A DNA stretch of 64,000 nucleotides. It comes from an uncultured Anaerolineales bacterium (GTDB lineage: Bacteria > Chloroflexota > Anaerolineae > UBA7937 > JACPPX01). The position numbers and the translations under genes were made by a program. The stretch covers positions 4,802 through 68,801 of the forward strand of contig CAYGBX010000007.1 of the NCBI GenBank assembly GCA_964348195.1. The letters are read 5' to 3'. Under the pieces are notes generated by a model. It was not told the origin of the DNA. It ran no database searches and saw only the letters and a program-made list of their open reading frames with translations. Below are positions 8,906 to 17,973 of the stretch, in pieces (the stretch's first letter is position 1; every line of letters begins with the position of its first letter).

Positions 8906-9199
8906 ATGCCCACCTACATCACGCTGGGCAACTTCACCCAGCAAGGGATCGAGAAGATCAGGGAGAGTCCTAGCCGATTGGATGCGGCCAAGGAGAGCTT
9001 TGGATCCATGGGCGCCGGGATCAAGGACTTCTACCTGGTCATGGGCCGGTACGACCTGGTAGTTGTGTCCGAAGCGCCCGACGATGAAACGGCGACAAAG
9101 CTGGCCATGGCGACCGGTTCTCTAGGAAATGTCCGCACCGAGACCCTCCGGGCCTTCACCGAGGACGAATACCGGCAGATGATTGCCGAGCTGCCCTAA
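8906..9199 (+). CDS. GYD domain protein
   Basis: MPTYITLGNFTQQGIEKIRESP.R ... GRYDLVVVSEAPDD matches the GYD family. An RBS (AAAGGAGAGAGG) lies upstream of ATG 8906. Confidence 0.8.
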   Translation: MPTYITLGNFTQQGIEKIRESPSRLDAAKESFGSMGAGIKDFYLVMGRYDLVVVSEAPDDETATKLAMATGSLGNVRTETLRAFTEDEYRQMIAELP

Positions 9200-9412
9200 G
9201 CTGGTTGCTTCGCCGTCTGCTGAACACCATCTGGGCACCTCCCTCAAAGACATGGCCAGGCACCTGCAGCTCGGACCATACCCGCGGCGGTCAAGCTTCA
9301 GCTCGAGATCCCAGAACACCTGGAAATGGTGGATGGCAGGCTCGACGAAATCGAGGACCTCCTCGCCCCCACTGCTCAGGAGGATTTCTGGCGGGATGGT
9401 GAAGGGGCGAGG

Positions 9413-9949
9413 ATGCTGACGGAGGAGATCGAGGCTCCGGACTTCACACTCCCTCAGGTGGATGGGCCACCCATCACGCTCAGTGAGACGCTTGGGAAGG
9501 GCCACCACGTCTATCTGATCTTCCTTCGCTATCTTGGCTGAATACATTGACTAGAGCATGTGGTGCAGGTGTACCACTCCAGAGATCAATTTCAAGCCCG
9601 ACGGGTCCGCGTTCTTGTCATTGGATTCGAGAAGGAGGAACGGGCGCGGGACTGGATCCGCCGAGCGCAGGTGTCTTTCCCCCTCCTGATTGATCTCGAT
9701 CGCGTCGTGTATCGAGCCTACGGAATCGAGAGATCGATATTTCGGTCCTGGCATCCTCGCAATCTCTGGTTCTACTTCAAGCGATTCCTCAGGGGGCAAG
9801 GAATCTCAATGTTCAGGGCTGACCCAGCCCAGCTCGGAGGGGACGTTCTCATTGATCGACAGGGAAGGATTCGGTGGAAATACGAAAGCAGAGATGCGAC
9901 CGATAGACCTTCAGTCCAGGAGCTCCTGGCAGCAACTGACAATCTCTAG
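9413..9949 (+). CDS. Peroxiredoxin-like (AhpC/TSA, SelL-like) thioredoxin-fold protein with redox motif encoded as UGA-I-H-UGA (UxxU)
   Basis: ORFs 9326..9541 and 9560..9949 share one frame. Joined: APDFTLPQVDGPPITLSETLGKGHHVYLIFLRYLG-[TGA]-IH-[TGA]-LEHVVQVYHSRDQFQARRVRVLVIGF...FPLLIDLDRVVYRAYGI...QLGGDVLIDRQGRIRWKY. The UGA codons (9539-9541, 9548-9550) occupy exactly the CxxC positions. The start could be 9326 or 9413. Confidence 0.8.
9560..9577 (+). promoter_or_regulatory. SECIS-like hairpin downstream of the UxxU codons
   Basis: GUGGUGC-AGGU-GUACCAC forms a 7-bp stem (one G.U pair) with an AGGU apical loop resembling the E. coli fdhF SECIS loop. It starts 9 nt after the second UGA. Confidence 0.5.
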
Positions 9950-10034
9950 TGCTAGTGGGGCGGGGCAGGTCCCTGTGGCCCATGGGGACGCGCGTGACTG
10001 GCCGAAGGGACAGCCAGCAGTGTAGGAGGTTGCC

Positions 10035-10343
10035 ATGGGCAATGACGAGGACCGAGTTGTCGTTGAAAATGTGAATGTGCCTGGCTCGACAGCTCGTGTG
10101 AGCGCCAAAATGTACTATGCCATGCGTCGAGCGATGGAGAAGGTGCTTCCCTCAAAAGAGCCGGGCTTGACTCAGGCGGAGATCCGCGAGGCGGTCGTCC
10201 CTCATCTTCCCGAAGCCCTCTTTCCCGGAGGTGCCAAGGCGGGGTGGTGGGCCAAGACCGTGCAACTTGATCTCGAGGCCAAAGGCGAATTGGCTAGGGA
10301 GGCGACGAAGCCGCTGCGGTGGCATCTAAGGCGCAGCAAGTGA
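10035..10343 (+). CDS. Hypothetical protein (102 aa)
   Basis: ORF with an upstream AGGAGG and coding-like composition. I recognise no confident family. Confidence 0.5.
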   Translation: MGNDEDRVVVENVNVPGSTARVSAKMYYAMRRAMEKVLPSKEPGLTQAEIREAVVPHLPEALFPGGAKAGWWAKTVQLDLEAKGELAREATKPLRWHLRRSK

Positions 10344-10423
10344 TGGATAGAGCCTCGCCACTCGTGGAAACCCCGGTGCCTTGCCTCCCCTGACAGGCGG
10401 GCTGGCGACAGGAGGGCACTTGA

Positions 10424-10834
10424 GTGGCGCGGCCAATGTATGAGCAATCTAGTCCACAAGCGTCAGGAAAGGCGGGCAACGAGACGATGTCCGAACCTGA
10501 AGGCCCGGGCGAGATTCCGGAAGACATGGAGCTTCTCTACCTCGGCCTCCTGAGACGCGGTCCGCTCTGGACCCCTGAGGTGACACCTGAGGTTGAGGCT
10601 CTCCAAGAGGCTCACCTGGCCAACATCGCTAGGATGAAGGAGTCCGGAGAGTTGCTTGTCGCAGGTCCATTTGGCGACGATGGCGACCTGAGGGGCGTCT
10701 ACATCTTTCGTGTCGGGTCGCTTGAAGAGGCTCTCGCTCTCACCAAGACCGATCCGTCCGTGAAGGCCGGGCGACTGGAATTCGAACTGCACCCTTGGTG
10801 GGTGAAGAAGGGCGTCTTCGGCGAACAGAGCTAG
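10424..10834 (+). CDS. YciI-like (YCII-related) domain protein
   Basis: The core LLYLGLLRRGPLW...AHLANIARMKESGELLVAGPFGDDGDLRGVYIFRV.SLEEALALTKTDPSVKAGRLEFELHPWW fits the YciI family. The start is uncertain (10424, 10487 or 10526). Confidence 0.65.
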   Translation: MARPMYEQSSPQASGKAGNETMSEPEGPGEIPEDMELLYLGLLRRGPLWTPEVTPEVEALQEAHLANIARMKESGELLVAGPFGDDGDLRGVYIFRVGSLEEALALTKTDPSVKAGRLEFELHPWWVKKGVFGEQS

Positions 10835-10869
10835 AGGAGCGATCTCAGATCGCCCTATCAGTGAGTGGA

Positions 10870-11187
10870 ATGAGTAAGGCAGCCGCGGGCGGTGTGCTGG
10901 CGATCCTCCTGCTGGTCGTGATCGCTTGGGCCCCCTGGATGACCCCTCGGCGGGCTGAGTTGCTGGTGGTCGAGGCGTTCGTTTCTGGCTGGCAAGGCGT
11001 AGTCGACGGCTGCGGATTCGATTGTGAAGGCTGCGGCGCACGGCATGTTCGACGCATGATTGTCGGGTACTCGGTGGACATTGAGTATGCCTGCGGGTTG
11101 CTGCCCTACGACTCTCCTGAGTTTCATTTGACCGAAACCGCCTACGTCTCCCCATTCGGTACGATTCACGGTCTGAACACACCGTGA
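10870..11187 (+). CDS. Hypothetical small membrane-anchored protein
   Basis: There is an N-terminal TM helix (GGVLAILLLVVIAWAPW) followed by a Cys-containing domain (CGFDCEGCG). No family is recognised. Confidence 0.45.
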   Translation: MSKAAAGGVLAILLLVVIAWAPWMTPRRAELLVVEAFVSGWQGVVDGCGFDCEGCGARHVRRMIVGYSVDIEYACGLLPYDSPEFHLTETAYVSPFGTIHGLNTP

Positions 11188-11388
11188 GACTGATGCCCAG
11201 CTCGGCTGAAGAGGCGGCATGAAATCGAGCCAGATTGGAGACAGGTTGCTGCATCTGTCGGACCGCGAACAGTGGCGGGCCTGGGTGAGGGAGCACCACC
11301 GGTCCGACACGGTGGCATCGGAAAGCGCTATTGATGTAGAGTCCCGCGCATCCTGAGGTTCGAGGAATCGGATCGAAAAGGGGGTCGT

Positions 11389-11805
11389 GTGGCACAGCCG
11401 AGGAGGAGAGTCACCGACGCGAGCGTGAGCGAGTTCCTCGACGGCGTGGCGGACGAGAGAACGCGAGAGGACTGCTACACCATCCTCGCAATTATGAAGG
11501 AGGCGACCAAGTCGCCACCGAAGATGTGGGGCTCGAGCATCGTCGGATTCGGCAGCTATCGCTACAAGTACGCCAGCGGCCGCGAAGGAGAGTGGCCCCT
11601 CACTGGCTTGTCGCCCCGGAAGAGAAACCTGACGCTCTACATCATGGATGGATTCGAGGGGTACGATGAGCTGCTTCCGAAGCCAGGAAAGCACACAACC
11701 GGAAAGGCCTGCCTCTACATAAAGCGCCTAGAAGACGTGCATCTGCCCACTCTCAGGGAGATCGTACGGCAGTCCGTCAAACATGTCGCCGAGACCCATC
11801 AGTAG
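11389..11805 (+). CDS. DUF1801 (YdhG-like) domain protein
   Basis: VSEFLDGVADERTREDCYTILAIMKEAT...PKMWGSSIVGFGSYRYKYASGREGEW matches the DUF1801 pattern. Confidence 0.72.
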   Translation: MAQPRRRVTDASVSEFLDGVADERTREDCYTILAIMKEATKSPPKMWGSSIVGFGSYRYKYASGREGEWPLTGLSPRKRNLTLYIMDGFEGYDELLPKPGKHTTGKACLYIKRLEDVHLPTLREIVRQSVKHVAETHQ

Positions 11806-11825
11806 GACAGAACGGAGGTAGCTCC

Positions 11826-12497
11826 ATGAGCCGAGTGATCCTGTGCGACGTGAACGAGACTCTGCTCGATCTCAGTGTTCTGCAACCCCACTTTGAACGA
11901 GCATTCGGCGACTTGACGGTGATACAGTCGTGGTTCGCTCTGCTCCTTCATTCCTCCGTGGTGACCACCCTGGTTGATGCCTATCAAGATTTCGGCACCC
12001 TGGCCGGCGCTGCCCTTGACGTGGTGGCCGAGCGCCAGGGGGTCGACCTGTCAGAGGATGAGCGGGGCGCAATTCTCGGCACAGTGCGGGAGCTGCCGCC
12101 TCATCCGGACGTGGTGCCCAGCCTGGAGCGGCTTCGCGAGGCGGGGCTGCGCCTGGCTACGCTGACCAATTCAGCACACGCGACGGTCTCCGCGCAGATA
12201 TCCAACGCCGGGCTGAGCGACTACTTCGAGACGCTCCTCACTGTCGACGACGTTAGGGCCTTCAAGCCTTCCCCGGAACCCTACAGAATGGCCGCCTCCA
12301 GGCTTGGTGTGGACATCGAGCAGACGCGGCTGGTGGCCGCTCACGATTGGGACGTGTACGGCGCGCTCCGAGCCGGCTGCCGGGCGGCTTTCATCGCTCG
12401 CGGCGGGCGGGTCTACCATCCGCTCTATGAGAAGCCTGACATAATGGCCCCCGATCTGATGCAGGTCACCGATCAGATCCTGGAGCTCGATACCTGA
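11826..12497 (+). CDS. HAD-superfamily hydrolase, haloacid dehalogenase type II-like
   Basis: HAD motif I (ILCDVNETLLDL), the motif II region (ATLTNS) and a C-terminal VAAHDWDVYGA typical of type II dehalogenase-like proteins are present. Confidence 0.78.
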   Translation: MSRVILCDVNETLLDLSVLQPHFERAFGDLTVIQSWFALLLHSSVVTTLVDAYQDFGTLAGAALDVVAERQGVDLSEDERGAILGTVRELPPHPDVVPSLERLREAGLRLATLTNSAHATVSAQISNAGLSDYFETLLTVDDVRAFKPSPEPYRMAASRLGVDIEQTRLVAAHDWDVYGALRAGCRAAFIARGGRVYHPLYEKPDIMAPDLMQVTDQILELDT

Positions 12498-12539
12498 TAG
12501 CGGGTCCTCCGGGGTTGCCGCTCATTCGGCCGGAGTCCG

Positions 12540-13784
12540 ATGCCCGGCCGCCTTTGCGTTTCTGGGACTCTCTCAGACGCGTGTGTCGTTGTGAGTGACG
12601 ATCGATCCTCACTCGCGCAGCGCAGCCAGGTCAGGGTGTTCTTCGACCACCCGGACATGGACTTCTACCTGTCTTGGATCATGGGACGCGAGATCTACGA
12701 CCGAAGCGACGGGGAGGAGTGCTTGGATGTTGCATCTCGGATCGCCGAGGGCGACCCGGACTCCTGGCACAGGGAATGGCGCGCTTCGGCGGAGCGAGTC
12801 GAGGGAGATGCTCGGGTGGCCCTCGGCCGTGGCGATGTCGAGGCAGCACGGAAAGGTTACCTGCGGGCTTGTACCTACTACAGAGCGCCCTTGTTCATCA
12901 TGAAGCCGGATGATGCGGCATTCCGGGACCTTCGGGAGAGGATGAGGCTCTGCTTCCAGCAGGCAGCTCCTCTGTTCGACCCTGCCATCGAAACCATCCT
13001 GTTGCCGTACCAGGACCGGCGGTTGGTGGGGTATGCCTGGAGGGTGGACGTCAGCGAGGGCCAACGCCCAACTCTCGTCGTGGTCGGAGGCCTCGAAACC
13101 TTCGCGGAGGATTGCTACTTCGTGGTCGGACCGGCCGCCGCTAGACGAGGGTACAATGCGGCGACGTTTGACCTACCTGGCCAGGGAATCAACCCAGAGG
13201 AAGAACTCTTCTTCCAGGCCAGGATGGGGGGTCCGGTGAGTGCCGCCGCGGACTATGTCCTGAGCCGACCCGAAAGCGATCCTGATCGGCTGGCGGTATT
13301 CGGATTCAGTTGGGGTGGACACATCGTACTCAAGGGTGGGCAGCATGATCGGCGGATCAAGGCTCTCATCGCCAACCCTGCTATGCCTGATGTCTTTCGG
13401 GCCGCACTTGCCCAGCAGAGAGGCCGCAGCCGGAGCGATACCGTCTCCAGGATCGTCTTTGAACAGATCGCTTGGCGCATGGGGCTGAGGATCAGTCTGA
13501 ATCCGAGAGACATCGCACGCCGGATCGTCAAGGCGTACGACTACCTGGTGCACGGCAGAGCGGATCCCGGAAGCATTCGATGCCCGACGCTCCTGCTGGC
13601 GGGCGAGGGCGAAGCGCCTATCACCCTTCAAATCGCGCGCGAGACCTATGAGAAGTTGCCTCACCCTAGGAAGAGGCTGGTGATCTTTACGGAGGAGGAA
13701 GGTGGCGAGGCGCACTGCCAGGTGAACAACCTGTCCCTTCCCAACGGAGTGATGTTTGACTGGCTGGAGGAAGTCCTGCCGTGA
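12540..13784 (+). CDS. Alpha/beta-fold hydrolase
   Basis: A nucleophile elbow (FGFSWGGH) is present in the context of an alpha/beta-hydrolase-sized protein. The start is uncertain (possibly near 12657). Confidence 0.7.
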   Translation: MPGRLCVSGTLSDACVVVSDDRSSLAQRSQVRVFFDHPDMDFYLSWIMGREIYDRSDGEECLDVASRIAEGDPDSWHREWRASAERVEGDARVALGRGDVEAARKGYLRACTYYRAPLFIMKPDDAAFRDLRERMRLCFQQAAPLFDPAIETILLPYQDRRLVGYAWRVDVSEGQRPTLVVVGGLETFAEDCYFVVGPAAARRGYNAATFDLPGQGINPEEELFFQARMGGPVSAAADYVLSRPESDPDRLAVFGFSWGGHIVLKGGQHDRRIKALIANPAMPDVFRAALAQQRGRSRSDTVSRIVFEQIAWRMGLRISLNPRDIARRIVKAYDYLVHGRADPGSIRCPTLLLAGEGEAPITLQIARETYEKLPHPRKRLVIFTEEEGGEAHCQVNNLSLPNGVMFDWLEEVLP

Positions 13785-13991
13785 GCGAATCCACGCAAGA
13801 TCCAGAGACTGCCCACGCCAGCGCTGCCACCGGGGCGCTTCTTCTCACGAGGATCAGGCTTGGGAGGGAACTCCTCTCTCGGAGCGCAGGGAGGAGCAAC
13901 CGGCCTGAAGGCATGTCGGAGAGGGCAGGCCGGTCCCAGAGACTAGCCGCCTCAGGGCTGTGACCAGGAGGTCAAGGCGCCGAGTTCCTGC

Positions 13992-14315
13992 CTATTCGGT
14001 TGCCAGACGGATGTCCGCGCAGGGCTCTCCACACCGTTCGACTTCGTGGAAGATATCGTCGATGACCGGCTCAACGGTGTGCACTGTGCAGCCGTCATCC
14101 AGGACCAAAGTCACGTCCAGGCTGTGGAGCTGGTAGACTCCCGCCACTCGGCCCGAATGCACCAGAGCGACCGCGTCCTCCCAGGCGATTTCGGAATCGC
14201 AGGGCACGGCAGTCGGGCCCGCAGTGCTGCCCAGAGGCAGACCGGCGCATCCGCTGAAGATCAGGGCGCCGACGGTGAGGATCAGGCGGGCTCGATGGTA
14301 TTCTGGCACGCGCAT
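13992..14315 (-). CDS. Small putative lipoprotein
   Basis: I chose the internal start MRVPEYHRARLILTVGALIFSGCAG (lipobox). It is preceded by AGGAGG with about 9 nt spacing. No family assignment. Confidence 0.55.
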   Translation of the reverse strand: MRVPEYHRARLILTVGALIFSGCAGLPLGSTAGPTAVPCDSEIAWEDAVALVHSGRVAGVYQLHSLDVTLVLDDGCTVHTVEPVIDDIFHEVERCGEPCADIRLATE

Positions 14316-14424
14316 CGGGTCGTACCTCCTGCTAGGATTCTTTCTGGTGGGATCGCCTACATAGCAATGACGCCGCGAGGCCCGAGTTGGTTCCGTCCGT
14401 GAGACGGCGGGGTGTGGTGGATCC

Positions 14425-16035
14425 GTGAAACCGTCCCTAGGTCGGAGGTTGGCCCTGGCTCTGGACGGGCTGCTCTTCCGATACAAGGTCGCCATCTTCG
14501 CTCTATTGGTGGGCTACTTCATCACGGCCCACTATTTGTTTCTGGGGTTCAACAGCTGGGATGGCGTCTCGTATCGGGTTCCTCCGATCGTGGAGTTGGT
14601 TCAGAACGGGAGCACTGGCGGCTGGAAGTTCGACTTCTACGCTACCCGGCACTTCTACCCCTTCCTCGAGCTGGTCCACTTTCCGTTCCTCAAGGTCCTC
14701 GGCATGACGGGCCTCTACTTCAGCTTCTCCCTCGTGCTGCTGCCTTTCTCCGTCGCAGCTGTGTATCTGTTCGTCCGCGACCTCACGGGCAACCTCAGTT
14801 GGGCGACATACTCCGCCCTCGCGTACTTGGCCATCCCGTTTGTCAACACACAGGCTTTCTCAGGCTATGTCGATTTCGCAGTTGTCGGTGCGCTTGCCTT
14901 CTATCTCTATGCCCTCCTCAAGGTGCTGCGCTTGGATGATCCACCGATGCGGCCGCTCGTGGTTCTCTCTATAGCGACGTTCGTCTTCAGCATGTCCCGC
15001 CAGCAGACTCCGTATGTGGCCCTTCTCATCCTGGGGGGTCTGGGCGCGTGGTTCCTGCGCCCCTGGAGCAGGTATCAGTCGTGGAAGGACGGGCGCTGGA
15101 GCCCACCGCGACACCTTGTCAAGATCTCCCTCTCCTTCGGCGCTGGAATCGCACCGGCGGTTCTCCAACACCTGTGGAGATTCCTGGCCTACGGGACTCC
15201 GATCTTCCCCTATCAGTTCAAGTTCTATCGCATCGCGACGGAGGTTGGCGCCATTCCTCACTACACATCTGGCCTGCTCGCTCCAGGCTGGGAGGGACTG
15301 CTGGCAAGCTTTCGAAGGGGCTGGGTGCTGCCGTTGCCCAATGAATGGCCGACGAACTTCTACGATAGCCGTTCCCTGGGGATCGGTCTCTTCTTCTGGT
15401 TGCTTTGGATCGCGCTTCCGTTCATCGACCGGTTCGTCAAGCGGGACACCGCAGTGATCATGGGCCTCTCTGTCGGGATCGCCCTGGTCAGCCAGGACTT
15501 CTGGTTGCCGCGGTGGTCCATGACACTGGTGCTTGTGACCGTCCTGATCATTGGCGGGGCGCTGTCGTGGTTGGCGACACGGGGTCCGCTGTGGGCTTAC
15601 TTCCCCCTTCTCCTGGCCGTTGGCCTCCACTTCGGCCGGCCGCTCTACGATGCCTACAGCATGATCGAGAAGCGCGAAGCGTACTTTCGCGTCGACCTCT
15701 CGCAGAGCCCTTTGTTCATTGGAAGCGAAGTGGCTCCGGGCGAGCTGACCCTCTACCCCGATATGGAGGCTGACCTCTTCTTGGTACATCCGGTGAACGA
15801 TGCGTTTTATCTCCTGCTATATGGGCGGAATCTGTCCAATCGGATCGTGGATGTGTTGGATCCGGCTGAGGCGGCCAGCTCGTGTGCAGTGCCCGACACC
15901 GCGAGACCCGATCGCCAGGTGCTGATCGTCGATCAGTTCGGAAAGCTGGCGGAGCCATCGGCCGGCTGCACCTGGACATGCGCCTATCCGGGCCCTGGAC
16001 GATGCCTGGCCGGGAGCCTCGTGAGGTCAGGATGA
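14425..16035 (+). CDS. Large polytopic membrane protein, possibly a GT-C-like glycosyltransferase
   Basis: The 536-aa protein has more than 10 hydrophobic segments over its first 400 aa. I see no specific catalytic motif. Confidence 0.55.
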   Translation: MKPSLGRRLALALDGLLFRYKVAIFALLVGYFITAHYLFLGFNSWDGVSYRVPPIVELVQNGSTGGWKFDFYATRHFYPFLELVHFPFLKVLGMTGLYFSFSLVLLPFSVAAVYLFVRDLTGNLSWATYSALAYLAIPFVNTQAFSGYVDFAVVGALAFYLYALLKVLRLDDPPMRPLVVLSIATFVFSMSRQQTPYVALLILGGLGAWFLRPWSRYQSWKDGRWSPPRHLVKISLSFGAGIAPAVLQHLWRFLAYGTPIFPYQFKFYRIATEVGAIPHYTSGLLAPGWEGLLASFRRGWVLPLPNEWPTNFYDSRSLGIGLFFWLLWIALPFIDRFVKRDTAVIMGLSVGIALVSQDFWLPRWSMTLVLVTVLIIGGALSWLATRGPLWAYFPLLLAVGLHFGRPLYDAYSMIEKREAYFRVDLSQSPLFIGSEVAPGELTLYPDMEADLFLVHPVNDAFYLLLYGRNLSNRIVDVLDPAEAASSCAVPDTARPDRQVLIVDQFGKLAEPSAGCTWTCAYPGPGRCLAGSLVRSG

Positions 16036-16083
16036 CGAGCGATCTGGCAGGCGAAATCCTGTCCTCTCTCCTGTGGGCTATCT

Positions 16084-16431
16084 GTGACTGAATCCAATCC
16101 GTCGAGGGTCCGCGACAAGATCGCGCGAATCTGGCCTGACCGCGATCCAGAGGAGATCATGGCGATCTTGCGAGCCTATGGATCGAGGCCGCAGGACCGG
16201 GAGCGTGACCGAGTGCACCTCGCCATACTGAAGCTCAGCGGGGGCCGCAAGGATCGGCTCCCAGGCCTGGTGCGGTTGGCGACGGTGGACTACCGAGATG
16301 TCCTGGCCCCGGCGGAGTTTCCCGAGGAAACTGGCCTGGGACCGCGCAGGATGAGTGAGATGTACTCTAAGGAGGCCGAGGCCGTGCGGCGTCGGGATAG
16401 GGAGCAGTACCTTAGCTGGCTCGAGGGGTGA
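16084..16431 (+). CDS. Hypothetical protein (115 aa)
   Basis: The ORF's stop overlaps the start of the next gene (GTGA), suggesting translational coupling. No family is recognised. Confidence 0.45.
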   Translation: MTESNPSRVRDKIARIWPDRDPEEIMAILRAYGSRPQDRERDRVHLAILKLSGGRKDRLPGLVRLATVDYRDVLAPAEFPEETGLGPRRMSEMYSKEAEAVRRRDREQYLSWLEG

Positions 16432-17294
16432 GGCCCTGGCGCGAGAACTTGTCTGAGCGTCTCAGCGATCCCACACCGTATCCGGAGGTCAACGCTCTCT
16501 TGGAGGAGCTTCTTTCGCGCGTCCGACAGGTCCTGAGGGATCGCTTCTTGGGAATGTATCTTTATGGCTCACTGGCCAGAGGCGATTTCGATCCCGATCG
16601 GAGTGACATCGACTTCATCGTTGTGACGGACGATGACTTGCCCGATGAGGCCATGTCCTCTCTGGGGGCGATGCACTCCGCGCTTGTGAAGAGCGGCATC
16701 AAGGGGGCCGAGAGACTGGAAGGCGCCTACATGCCCCTCTCCGCGCTCCGCCGGTATGACCCTGACCACGGCGCTGTCCCTACCATCAACGAGGGGCGAT
16801 TCTACCTGGCACGACAGAGGAGCGACTGGGTCATCCAGCGGCACGATCTGAGAGAGCAAGGCGTGGTTGTGGCAGGGCCTCCCCTGAAAACCCGAATCGA
16901 CCCTGTCAAGCCAAGGGATCTTCGGCGAGCGGTAGTAGGGTTTCTGCAAGAATGGTGGGAGCCACTGCTAGATGATCCCGCCCGGCTTGAATCTGCCAGG
17001 TACAGATCCTACGCGGTGCTGACCATGTGTCGGGCCCTCTACACGCTGGAGCATGGTAGGCTCGTCTCCAAGATGGAGGCTGCCACATGGGCTTTGGATG
17101 CGCTGGACGAGATGTGGAGAGGGCCGATCGAAGCGGCGCTGTTCCGGCGCTATCAGGCCCGGTCGCTGAGGCTCGATAGGACGAAGGACTTCATCAGATT
17201 CACCATTGAGCGGAGCAGGCAGGGAGCAGGACCGACAAGGGCAGAGACGGGGAGTGGTGAAAGACCACGGTATGATCGGGAGGAACCGGTCTGA
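16428..17294 (+). CDS. Nucleotidyltransferase-domain protein, aminoglycoside adenylyltransferase (AadA/DUF4111)-like
   Basis: The Pol-beta NTase motif YLYGSLARGDFDPDRSDIDFIVV is followed by a helical C-terminal domain of AadA-like size. Confidence 0.72.
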   Translation: MRPWRENLSERLSDPTPYPEVNALLEELLSRVRQVLRDRFLGMYLYGSLARGDFDPDRSDIDFIVVTDDDLPDEAMSSLGAMHSALVKSGIKGAERLEGAYMPLSALRRYDPDHGAVPTINEGRFYLARQRSDWVIQRHDLREQGVVVAGPPLKTRIDPVKPRDLRRAVVGFLQEWWEPLLDDPARLESARYRSYAVLTMCRALYTLEHGRLVSKMEAATWALDALDEMWRGPIEAALFRRYQARSLRLDRTKDFIRFTIERSRQGAGPTRAETGSGERPRYDREEPV

Positions 17295-17296
17295 CT

Positions 17297-17902
17297 TTGC
17301 AGGCGATTGAACTGTGGATAGGTCGATTGGGCGCAATCGCCGCTTCGATCGTTCTCGCACTTGCGTTGATCCGGCTCCTCGGGTCTGGTGAGGAGCCAAC
17401 CGGCCGGACCGTGGGTCGCGTCACAGTAGTTCTTCGGCGACCTACGCTTTTCCTAGCCGCTGGCCTGTTCATTTTGGTTGGAGCTGTGTTGTGGCGTCCG
17501 ATTCCGCTGGTCCTGGCCGCGCCTGCTCGGCTCGCCGCGCTGGCTTCTGGGTCCGTTCTTCTCTTCGGGGGTCTGGCCCTCTATCTCTGGGGCTTGCGGG
17601 CCCTGGGTTCGATGTTCGGTTCCGCCAGTGGACTCGCGGCGAGGCTCTATGAGGACCATCGGCTCGTCGTCACCGGGCCGTACGCCTGGATCCGCCATCC
17701 GATGTATCTGGGTGTCATGGCGGCCTTCTTCGGCGGGCTTCTGCTATACCGAACCTGGGCGCTGGCGCTGTACGCACCGCTCATGTTGGGGCTTGTGATC
17801 CGGGCCCGAAGGGAAGAGGAGGCGCTGGTAGCGGAGTTTGGAGACGAGTGGCAGCGATACAGGCGCAGGGTGCCGGCCTGGATTCCTCGGTTGAGGAGGT
17901 GA
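17297..17902 (+). CDS. Isoprenylcysteine carboxyl methyltransferase-family membrane protein
   Basis: LVVTGPYAWIRHPMYLG...RREEEALVAEFGDEWQRYRRRVP is the ICMT/PEMT signature. This is a second member alongside 3380..3832. Confidence 0.75.
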   Translation: MQAIELWIGRLGAIAASIVLALALIRLLGSGEEPTGRTVGRVTVVLRRPTLFLAAGLFILVGAVLWRPIPLVLAAPARLAALASGSVLLFGGLALYLWGLRALGSMFGSASGLAARLYEDHRLVVTGPYAWIRHPMYLGVMAAFFGGLLLYRTWALALYAPLMLGLVIRARREEEALVAEFGDEWQRYRRRVPAWIPRLRR

Positions 17903-17973
17903 TGCGGTCCGAGAGCGCGCCCGGCGGGAGGGTCGGCGGGACCGGGTTCGTTCGAGAAAGAGCCTAGAATCCA

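Noticed and set aside
13781-13963. A 60-aa ORF whose GTG overlaps the hydrolase stop codon
   Set aside because: There is no family signal, the composition is Arg/Ala-rich, and it lies in a convergent intergenic gap. Evidence for a gene is insufficient.
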